A stretch of DNA of 64,000 nt. It comes from Spizellomyces punctatus DAOM BR117 (taxonomy: Eukaryota). Positions 22,169 through 34,868 of this stretch are shown piece after piece (position 1 is the stretch's first letter; each line of letters begins with the position of its first letter). Both the position numbers and the translations under genes were made by a program. The stretch is taken from NCBI GenBank assembly GCA_000182565.2, contig KQ257453.1. One strand, written 5' to 3'. The notes below the pieces were generated by a model. That model saw only the letters and a program-made list of their open reading frames with translations, ran no database searches and had not been told where the DNA came from.

Positions 22169-23289
22169 TTATGCAATCTCCACTTCATCTTCCTCAGACT
22201 CCTCATCCCAGTGTTTGGGTGCTTTCATCATGAAATCTGATTTAACCCACGGAACGCCTTCTGTATCCTTTGCGTCCTTTTCTGATGTGTTCTTTACGGG
22301 AACATGTCAATAATTATCCATCTCATCCAGTAATTCGTCACATCCTTGATACCTTTTTTGTAGCCCCTTTTGTTTCTCCTATTGATGATGGTTGAGATTC
22401 ATCCTTTGCGTCAGATTTGATCATATTGAGAAAACTATTTTTCGAAAGCACTGGGACTAGAAAGTGTATATATGGCAATTAGAGACTGGCGCATCATCAA
22501 CTCCGTAGAAATCAAATGCCCCTACCTGTCGCTGCATTCTTTTGCACTCCGTCCGCTTTGACTTCTTCGGCCGTTTTTTGTGCAACTCGAATGGCATTAA
22601 ACAGCTTGACCACTGCATGATGCATACTGTTGGCTTTCGGCAACTAATAGTCACGGATCAGATGCCAAGCCTTACCTCCTCGCGTGGCCACCTTTCGCAA
22701 TTTTTTTTCATAGTCCGTCGTGGTATGATCCGGTATTATTCTTCCGACATCTGCCTTTTCCTTTTTCTCTGCGGCAATGATTTTTCGTGCCTTGGCTTCC
22801 AATTTTTGTTCATCCAAAGCACGCTCAATATGTTTTTGTTTTGCCAGAATCGGGCGCTAACGTAGACATGTAAATACAAACCAAAAAAGCTGCATCAATT
22901 TATCAAGGAATACCAACGTTTTGATCCTTGGCATCGAGGTCTCCAGACAAGATCTTTCCAATGGCATTTGCCATTTTCGTAGACTTTGACACTGCATCTC
23001 CAGTCTCAGCTTCACCATCTGCATCAGCGCGATCCTCATCGTCCAAACCATCCATATTGAATTCATCATTGCCCTCTGCACTCTCCCCCTCGCTCACGTC
23101 CGAGTCGGATGACATTTGTTCCACTTGTTCAAAACTCTTTAGATCAACCACCACGGCCTCCCCTTCTGATTCCTCGTCCGGAGATACATAGTCGTCCTGA
23201 ACAGGCCGAATCTTTGCCTTTCGTCTCTTTTTGGGCCCATCCTTGCCGGTAGAGGATCTTGGTGGAGGGCCTTTGCGCTTTGGAGGCAT
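22169..23289 (-). CDS. RRP15: Ribosomal RNA processing protein Rrp15, multi-exon
   Basis: Basic/acidic N-terminus, MANAIGKILS, KLRKVATRG/VVKLFNAIR, and C-terminal WVKSDFMMKAPKHWDEES. Confidence 0.8.
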
Positions 23290-23659
23290 TTGTGAATAGA
23301 AGATCACTCTGAGCGACTGCCTTTCACTTGACCCACTCTCTCCATCCAATCAGCGTGTCCCATCCATCAACCAATCAAATGCAATTCACGTGGAATAAAA
23401 AAGGAGAGCCCGCAGTTGGCAAGTTGGCTGGTTGGGGGTTTCGGTGGGGGGGAAGTCTAGTTTTTTTTTTTATAAAAGGACGCTTTGCAGCAGTGTTTAG
23501 GGACGTTTTTCCGTTTGGTTTTTTTTTCTTTTTTTTCAAGGCTTTTTTAAAACGAAAACTGCTCCCGTTTACAACGACAAGCTTGTTTTTCTTTTTTATA
23601 CGGATCGCTTTCGTACGATTCCTCACTTGTTTTTACAAACTACTTTCCCTATGCTAGCT

Positions 23660-25742
<2,083 letters not shown>

Positions 25743-27360
25743 GTGTGCGGTAACAGTGCTCTCTGGGACACAAAGGGCGGTCTGGAGGGCAGGTTTGAGA
25801 GTAGTCACAAGGGAAATCCCACTTCCCAACTCAGCCCGGTTATGTGCAATGCGTGGGTTCGCGTAATTTGGGGGATAAGTGGTCTTGATGGTTTATTGGT
25901 TTGCGGTGTCGAACGACTGGCCTTGGGTTATGTTCTCCATTGGCCACTGTACATATCCCCTATCTTTATTATTTTATTATTTTAGACTACTCTCGTTTTG
26001 TTTTCAATGTTTTCAGTTTGATTTTTCTATAGAGAGGGATTTGGAGTGGGTGAGGGTGTGTAGAGCAAAGTGCTCGTATGCAGTTTGCACGCTTGTTTTG
26101 TATTTAAAGAGAAGGTTTTTTGGGGGGGAGTGGAGCGCAACCTTTTCGCCTGGGGGAAGGGTAAGGGAAAATGTACAAACAAGTTGGGTGCATGGATGAA
26201 TAATTGTGTACGAGATGGATGATAATAAGCAATTTCTTTCTCTCTCTAACACAACTTTTGAGATGTGTTTTCCAATAACGCTTTTTCAATGCAATCCAAT
26301 TTGAAATATGTGAAATATGTACATCATTTGAGGATAGCGGTATTTGACCTGGAATCGTGGGGTTCGTCCTGTACACAGTTTGGCATTGATGGTAGGCCAA
26401 TATCATGTTCATGCTGGAATTTTGCACTAAATGTTTTCTTGCTCGTTTGCTTGTGAGCCCATTTTGCCAGTTGCATTGGCCATTTAGAATGCTAGGACGC
26501 AAAGTCTCTTTTATGGCTATTGAGCTTTTGACAGATGGACATGCTCCTTGATAGGAAACATTAGAGGATCAAGATACTGCGCAAGCGCAAAAAGTCTCTC
26601 CAAATCGGGGGCCGTAATTGACTTTGTTGGGCATTTTTACCTAGTGAATAGGACGAGGAGAACGGACTTGGCGTCTTTGTTTTTACCTTTCATGTCTGAG
26701 GATTTGGTGCGACGGTCGTTTAGCATTCTACAGCCCATAGAAAACATTCTCCCTCGCTTCCGTTCATTTTGCAGGATAGGGCTTGACCCTTGTGCATGAG
26801 ACAATGAGACATGGTAATGGAAAAGCGGATGACAAAGCTCATATCCTGATTTACTTCAGGGCATCACCCATCGGGCAGCCATTTATTTTTTGGCGGAAGT
26901 TTACCGTATGCAGTATTTGGGAGACCTTACGCCAAGAGGACTTCCGAAAGACAATTTTAAAGCCAGAACTGTTCTGGACAAGGGCTTGCACATTTCCTTG
27001 ACTAATGATTCAGGTGCATGAGTGGGGATGCGTGGAGGGGGCTTTTTTTGACGGGAGCACATTTTTGATAACGTGTACTAGTATCGCAATCTATATTTTG
27101 TATCCCTGCTGAGGGGGATTTCCCTATGTACAAAAGATATGTTCTCCCCCTTTTTTTTTGCATTGAATGATTGAATGGTCCAGAAGCACCGGCAGGCAAG
27201 GCAGGCCCGACAAGCAAGGCAAGGCGCACTACGCACAAAACGAAAAGTCCCATATTCAAAACAGCTGTTCAAAAACGAGAAACACTTGAATCGTCCTGGT
27301 GGTCATCGTTCACTAAAAATAATAAAAGAAAAAATAAAATAATAAAAGAAAAAATCAAAC

Positions 27361-27530
27361 ATCGGAACCCCCATTGTTAAAATACCCAGCGATTTGGTTA
27401 CACTGGGTAAATCCAGTTTCCCGGTAGCGATAGGGCCCGATCGGCGATTTTACAAATTGGCGTCGATTTCAGAGTCCGAATCCGACGGTCCATTGACGCG
27501 ATACGCAGCGGATTATTCGATTAATCCGCG
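27361..27530. promoter_or_regulatory. Cluster of CGAT motifs (candidate GATA-factor / White Collar light-response element)
   Basis: CGAT on the + strand at 27390, 27428, 27438 (CGATCG), 27445, 27464, 27499 and 27518, upstream of the LOV gene. Confidence 0.35.
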
Positions 27531-27789
27531 GGGCGTTCCCATGCGCCCATATTCTCGGACCATTCCGCTAAACTGGATGTATTGGTCCCATCCTTTGGAA
27601 ATCCTGGATGGCGGTACATTTATCAGAATATGGTAATGTTTACAAGGCAATAATACCCGAAGCGCCGGCCACTTTTTGACTTTAAACCAAACGATGCTCC
27701 CCCCCTCAGGAATGAAAAAGCGTCTTTTTGACGTCTCCCAAAAGTTGGTCGATCGTGACTGAAAGGCACCCCCGCCCATTTTCCTTCCC

Positions 27790-27812
27790 GTCGTCGTCGT
27801 CGTCGTCGTCGT
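27790..27812. repeat. (GTC)n microsatellite
   Basis: Seven perfect GTC units read directly. Confidence 0.9.
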
Positions 27813-28335
27813 TGGTTCTTCCAACTGGCTTCGCAGTTGCGTTCATAGGCGCCTAAGACGTTTATTTTTCTCGTCGCGTCACTACCAGTTCAAAGGTTTG
27901 GCCTTTCCGAGTTGGGAACGGGACGCGTTGTGGTCTAAAAGCCCGTCCAAAGCGTTCCCAACGTATTTTGATTTGGAGTAAAAAACGATACAAAAAGTCC
28001 GTTCGAACAGACAGAGATTTAAAGCAAACGAGGCTCTTGGTCCACAGTTCTTCTCAAAGGTGAGTTTATTAGACATTTTTGTTTCCCCTCTTTTTCGACC
28101 ACGGTTCCTGCGGCCTTTCTGAATTTTTCAATCCACCTGTGAACGATGGGATACGGGGAATGGATTTTACAGTGTGTGATTCGGGCGATGCAAATGATTG
28201 ACATTTCCGCCTTCCTTTTGTTATAGATATCGAGAGAGGAGGCCCTTTTTTTTCCTGTCAACCTGTCTATACACAGGCTTCTCAAGTCAAGCAACACAAT
28301 TAGGTTTTTGACTTTTTGGCTGGTTGGTGGGAGTG

Positions 28336-30960
28336 ATGCAATCGATACCAGGGGAGTTGGGAGGAGAAAATGTCTTTGGCTCTTTGTGAGTACTGTAAGC
28401 GATAGAGTTGCAAAGGCTGACGTTTGACACTTTTTGACATTATATTGTTTTTACAAGTGGTCTATCCCAGTCGTCGCTTCTTGTTCGTCGCCAGAAACGC
28501 AGCATCTCAGAATTGGAGGAGAGGGAGAAATATCTGAATAATCGGGAGCAGCAAAGTATGGGTACGCGCCTCGTTTGGTTTTTGTCCAAAATCGCCTGTG
28601 ATGACAAGGCTAAAGATCTGTGTGTGCACAGTAGCGGTAAAGCATGCAGTACAGAGTCCATCACCATACTATGGACTATATTCGGGTACAGGTAAATTGT
28701 CTTTGTATTGCTTTTCGAGCTGGATTTTTGGTCTTGACTGCTTTACTGATGATGAAAATTCGAATTCATCACAGGCTTTGATATGCTGGGCATTCTTGTA
28801 AGCTTTTTTTCTTTGTTAATTACCAAATCAGAGGACAAAATGGGTGATCTGTATTTGGCACAACCACTTTAGGCCCGTGTTGCAACCCGCCCAAATCCCA
28901 TCATCAACCTTGGTCCCATTGACATGAGCTCCAGTTTCATTGTGACGGATGCATTAAGGGAGGATTTGCCAATTATCTATGCGAGCCCCACGTTTGAACT
29001 GTTGACTGGATACACGTCGACGGAAATCATGGGCAGAAACTGCCGTTTTCTACAGTGTAGGAAGCTATGGTCCTTGCTCGTCAAAGCATCTTTGCATTCA
29101 TGCCTTTTTTCATCAGCCCCAGATGGCCGCGTCGAGAGGGGCGCTTTACGACAGTTTGTGGACAACAACGTCGTGTATCAGCTGAAGAAATGTGTGGATA
29201 GAAGAATGGAATGCCAGTACATCAACATAAATTACAAAAAAGGCGGAGAGGTAACAATGTTCTGATTTGTTGTTATTGCCATGCGAATATGGTGCTAATC
29301 TGCCAATCTTTAATAGCCTTTCGTCAATCTTATCACAATCATACCCATTTCGTACAATGCGAATGGAGATCCGTCCTTGTTTGTCGGCTTTCAAGTTGAT
29401 CTTATGAAGCAGTCCGGCGCCATTTTGAGGACACTGGAAGGTATGACCACATAGTACTAGCCTGTAAATCCTTGCCTGCGGTATCTGGCTTAAAAAATCC
29501 TGAATTTTGCAGATCACAGTTATGTTATCGACTTTAGTAGCAGTCCGGACACCTTGACACGTCCTAGCTCGGACATTTCTCCACGTCTTGTCACAGCGTC
29601 GTCAACACCAAACGCCTGCTTTTCAACAGCTTCCCCCTCCGACTATTGCCCCTCACCAGATGCTTGCGATCCTCATACCTTTGCTTTTAGTCCCGGAAAT
29701 GCACCTAGTATTAACATTGAGGCCTGCATGATGGATGAAAGCATCATGGACAAATTCCTGGATCCAGATGATCCTAGTCTCTTATCTCTCACGGAACCTC
29801 CCCAGGACAACATTAGCATACCATCACCAGTCGAAACCCATCATAACCCTTACATTGAGCGTCCCATCCCCGCAGTCTCATCCGCTGCGGATGCAATTGA
29901 TCCCGGGTTCATATCCCACTACAGTCTTGTGCAAAACGCGCCAGATTTCATTCACATCCTTTCCTCACGCGGTATCATCCTCTTTGCCTCACCCACAGCA
30001 TGTCAAGAAATATTGGAATACGAAGCTGGAGAGCTGATTGGTCGAAATATATCACAGTTTTGCCATGCTGGGGATCTCATTTCGCTGATGCGAGAGTTGA
30101 AATGCGCTGGTCTGAATGATTCGGTATCAGCAGTATATCGATTCCGGAGAAAGCAGTCAGGATACGTGTGGTTGGAGATTAAAGGACACAAGTACGAGAT
30201 GGCGAATAGGAAGAGGACAAAATGCTTTATTCTGAGCGGACGGCAGCGATGGATGGGATCGCTAGATCAAGTGAGTTTGCAAGGGCAGTTGCATGTCTTA
30301 GACAGTTGCTAACGCGCGTATATGTGGATTTTGTAGAGCGAGCTTATCAAACCAATCATGGCGTCTCCACCTGGTCAAGACAGTGACCTTTGGGGAAAGT
30401 TGACTCCTAACGGCTTTTTCATCTACCTAAGTCGCACTTCCGCTCCCATCCTTGGTACCTCCATACAATCCCTCTACGGTCAGTCTATATTGGACTATAT
30501 TTACGAAGGCGATCGGCCTCGCGTCGTTCAAAAGCTGTACCAACAATCCACCTTGCCTGTCGTCGGCGAAGGAACAGAGGTGAGGTGCTCCGTGGACAAC
30601 AACGGGCGGTTCATGCCCGCAGTAGTGGCGATATACCCAGGCGCAAGAAGGGACGAGTGCGAGGCGGAGTTTCTTTTCGTGCGAGTGACTTTGGCGAGTC
30701 GAGGCCATGCAAGTTCACGTGGATGTGCATTTGGGGGCATCGCGCCGCCGCTTGGAGAGCGGGCTTGTGGGCCTTTTGGGGGAGATCTTGGGTTCCTGCT
30801 AGACGACGATATGAGCGCAGATATCTTTGCGTCAGTCGGCGTGGATCAATCCACGAGCTTGCAGTATGAGTTGAATCAACTGCGAATGAGCAATAAACGA
30901 TTGCAGGAGGAGCTGGACATTTTGCAAGGGCTAACAGGGGTACGTCCACGTATGGGGTAA
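28336..30960 (+). CDS. White Collar-1-like LOV-PAS-PAS blue-light photoreceptor lacking a GATA zinc finger, multi-exon
   Basis: Spliced N-cap YSGT/GFDMLGIL/ARVATRPNPIINLGPIDMSSSFIVTD, LOV GRNCRFLQ, NYKKGGE/PFVNLITIIPI...FVGFQVDL, PAS-B (APDFIHILSSRG...YVWLEIKG), PAS-C, coiled coil STSLQYELNQLRMSNKRLQEEL, stop at 30958-30960. Start 28336 is inferred from intron phase. Confidence 0.88.
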
Positions 30961-31217
30961 CTAGACTAGAGGTTTTTGACTGACGATTCTGTTTTCGTTT
31001 AGCCTTCGGTTCATAGGCAATGGCAACAGCTGGACTTGAGTGTGTAGATTTTTTTTTTTTTTTGTTTTTTGTATATTTAGTTTGGATATAATATTATCGC
31101 TTTTGTTTTTCTGCTTCAATATGAACAGTTCATGCACGCAATTATGATACACTTGCTGTATGGCAGCTCAAAAAATGTACAGCTGATTTCCCCTAAAATG
31201 TCGTACTAAAAATGCCG

Positions 31218-33017
31218 CTATGCACTCACTACCCCACTCAACATTTTTGCAAAGAGCTTCTTTTGCTTTGCATCTGTCTCCTTCATTCGCATTTGTACAT
31301 GTTTCAACAAGACTACCAAGTCTTTCTCCACCGTCTCATCTGCATACCCAAGAGCGTGGTCACAATCCTTTTTGGCCAGTTCATAGTCCGCGCGCCCGAG
31401 ATAACCTTGAGCCCGCCGATACAGTGCTTTAACATTGTCACGATCGATACTCAGCGCTTTGCTGGCATAATGAATCGCTCTGGTCCATTCCTGCGATTTC
31501 AGGTAACAAGCCGCAAGATTCGAATAGCATGGTAAGAGTACTGCATTGACACACGCTTGGTATTTGGGGTCTAGCGTGTATTCATGCTGAAAGTATTTCA
31601 CTGCTCTCTCATAGTTTTTTCTTGCAAGCCGAGGTTTTCCATCCTTGAAGAGCTTGTTGCCCATTTCACGGTGTGTTTGCATGCCCACAAATCTCTCGTC
31701 GTGGGTCATATCCCAGATTTCACTTGTCCTTTCAAACGACACCAATTCTATCTCAAACTCCAAGTCGTCCTGCTGAGGTATGTCAACCTCCCTTGCTAAC
31801 GATTTGCCGTAGCCAAAGTCTGCGGGAGCGGTGACAAGAGCCTTTTCACCCACTCTCATGTGCTCGACAGCAAGTTCCACCGCTTCTGGGAATGCACCGG
31901 AACACAAAACAAAGTGCGACTCTTGACGGGTGGTTGGATTGGAAGACGGGATTTGGAGAAAATGTTTGCCACATTGAACGCATCTGCCTGTAGCACGCAC
32001 CTCGACTACACTTCCAACATGGGGCTTTTCCCAACCAGTGCCTTCAACAAGTATCTTTTTCACAACGGGGGTGTGATTTATTTTATCGACTTGATGCCAT
32101 CGGAGCAACTCTAGTTCGTACCGAAGCGTTGCAAAAGGTGGGATGCCAAAGCTTGCGTTCCCGTATCTCCCGTACGCGTGCTCTGGGGGAACGACTAGGA
32201 AGCCTTGGTCTCCCCGCTCGAACCTTTGGATGGCTTTCGATATGAGACACCCCGGTGGAAAAATGGGATCGGTCTCCTTTCCAAGGGTGAATGCAAAATC
32301 GTCTCTCTCGACGAATATGGTCTCAGAATCTGTAATGAACCCCTTTAAATTGACGATAACCTCCCAGTCATCCTTGGGTGTATGCCATCCTTTCTCATCC
32401 TGTTTCGTCTTCTTCAAGATTACTTTGCCGTCTTTGGTTAGGGCGCTCGACGGCTTCCATGACCAAACTTGCACTTTGAATTCGAGCGTCGCGTTTGCGG
32501 GGATCTTTGGTGGTAGACCGACACGTCCGTAGCCGTATTCTGGTTTGATGGTCAGAATGGCTTGTTCACCCTCCTTCATCGTTGGTATACCTTCCTCCCA
32601 TCCCGCAATCACCATCCCTGTAACGACAATGTGTTTGTCATGTCAAACACATGAAACAAACTTTGGGCCATTGCTAGTAACAATGTCCTCACCGCTGCCC
32701 AAGATGAATTTGAACGGAGCTCCTTCATCCACATGCTGATCAAAGATTTGTCCGCCAGGAACCAATCGTCCAATGTATGTGACATACACCTCATCCCCTT
32801 TTTCTGGCGTCTTTAATCCTTCTCCAGCCCTCAAGATCCTCTTTGTCACACCGCCATCCTTTGTGATGTTCTTTGTAATGTCTTCCTCGTCTCGTTCGTC
32901 TTCTGAAAAGGAATCATAAGGATCTTGACCCAGATCTGGAACTCTATTTCGTAAGATCTCGATGGCGGGGTCATCCATATCCATGATCTCAGCAGCAACT
33001 GCTAGTTGGGCATCCAT
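31218..33017 (-). CDS. FKBP-type peptidyl-prolyl isomerase with three FKBP domains and C-terminal TPR repeats (Hsp90 co-chaperone)
   Basis: DGGVTKRILRAGEG...FILGS/GMVIAGWEEGI...GYG...IPANATL (domain 1), domains 2 and 3 (HAYG...IPPFATLRYELEL; GTGWEKP...FEIELVSF), TPR GNKLFK, YSNLAACYLK, VKALYRRAQ. One intron at about 32620-32693. Confidence 0.9.
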
Positions 33018-34237
33018 GGCTCAAGAAAGTATGGTTCAAGACAGTGCTTGGAGAAAGCGAGCAAAAATCAACGTGAAAGCATTCCACTGGATTCATGCAA
33101 ATCTGGGGGGGATGACCCTCCCCCAGAGATATTACAAGTAAACGCCCCCCAAGAGCCCTTCCAAGGAACCCGCTGTGCAAGGGCTAAAATAACTCGGAGC
33201 GTAAAGATGTCCAGACGATCCTAAAGTCCCCCTTGGCCTGGCCTGACGCGTTCAAGGCACAGCAAACTTGCCACGTGGGTTCCCGGCAAGGATCTCCTCC
33301 GAAGCCTCCGCTTCCTCTTTTTTCTTCCAAGGGCTTTGTAGGCTTTTAGCCGGCCACGGGTGCAGGCCAGATTAGCAAAAAGGTTGTTCTAAAACAGTGT
33401 TTGTGAGCAACAGGTACAGCAAAAAGCAAGAAGATTCCAACAACAAAAGGGTGTGCCAACCGGTGTGGTTCATCCAAACATGGGCCATGAAACCAACATT
33501 GGGTGTTCCAAGCAACAATTTTCTAGCCTCGTACAATGATCTATTGTCCAGCTCAGGTTTTCGTCCACATAGTCTTTGGCCAGGCGAAAGGCTCAACAAG
33601 GGTTGGCGTGCTCCTCACGTGGGTCTGTCTATTAGCCTTCTTTCTGGCAGTCGTCCTGGCAGTCGTTGTCGGGTGAGCAACCCTCTCCGCCAACGACCTC
33701 GTCGCTCCCACCAGGCCCGTCGCTCTTTCTTATTCGAGTCTTTCCACATGTGAGGCGCAAAACACACATGGCGTTGAACATGAGCACTTTTTTCCCCGCC
33801 CATCCGTGCAGTACGTGCCCCATCCGCGTACGCTATCCTGCTTCCTGCTCGGCTGTGAACCTTTACTATTTCCTATGCCTATGCGTATAGCATGGCCAGC
33901 TCTTCCTTTTCAAACTCTTCAAAAACGAATGTTCCCATCCTCCAAGTGGCTGTGTGATTCATAAACCTATATTTGTACTAATGACACGATGACATGAACG
34001 ACCAACGCCCCATAGAGTGGAGGTGATTGAAAATGGCACTAGGACTCATTATTATCCGGCTCAATCCGGTTAATCATATCGCATAATCAGAACCCCCATC
34101 TATCGCTCAGATTGGTGTGGCATGCATGTAATGTTTTTTTTTTTAAACTGTAGTGAGGCACATGCCAAAGGTCTATAAAAGGGGAGCCTTTGCTCTCTCT
34201 CCCCTTCCTCACTAGTTCCTTGACTCTTAAACCATCT

Positions 34238-34284
34238 GCGCAACACTCATCGCGACCCACATCGCAACACTCATCACGACTCTC
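34238..34284. repeat. Short imperfect tandem repeat (two copies of cgcaacactcatc[g/a]cgac)
   Basis: gcgcaacactcatcgcgacccac followed by atcgcaacactcatcacgactctc. Confidence 0.6.
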
Positions 34285-34868
34285 AAGTCCAATCATGAGA
34301 ATGCAGATGTGGTGGTGCCGAGGACCTCGCCCTCCTGACTACAACCAACTGGAACCAGCAGCAACCAATCAGATCTGATAACAAAACCTACTATTACGCT
34401 GCCACATTAGTTGTGCTTGGTTGGTATGTACTGGGCATCATCTCTTTTCATTCTGTCATTCTGTCGCTGACATGCAGTTTTTAGTCTCCAAGCCTTGTCA
34501 CTGAAGATCCTCCAGCTTGCGAGTCTCCCCAATGTTGCGAAGACTCTGGCTTCAATGCCATCAAGAGTTCTGGATCAAGGCCTAGTAGGGACCGCGTGTG
34601 GTGGTGGGCAATTATCCGGTTTAGAACCGTTACGTATTGCGTGTATAATTGCCTATTAGTAGTTAGTTAGCTTTTCCGAACCGGTTGTCGCCGGTTTATT
34701 CCCTGGTGTAGTAGCCAGTTTCTGTCACCTCTACACTAAAAAGCGCTCATGTCCAACATCCCCCAGTGCCGAGGAAAAGGGCGATGACTCACACGACCTA
34801 ATGCCCATAATCACCAAAAGGAAGGCTCCAGATCAACAAACACGTTTGCCATCTACAACTCGTATGCA

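Noticed and set aside
30961-31217. Possible downstream GATA zinc-finger exon for the WC-1-like gene
   Set aside because: Only about 260 bp of T-rich 3'UTR lie before the convergent FKBP gene, and I found no CxxC-x18-CxxC coding potential.
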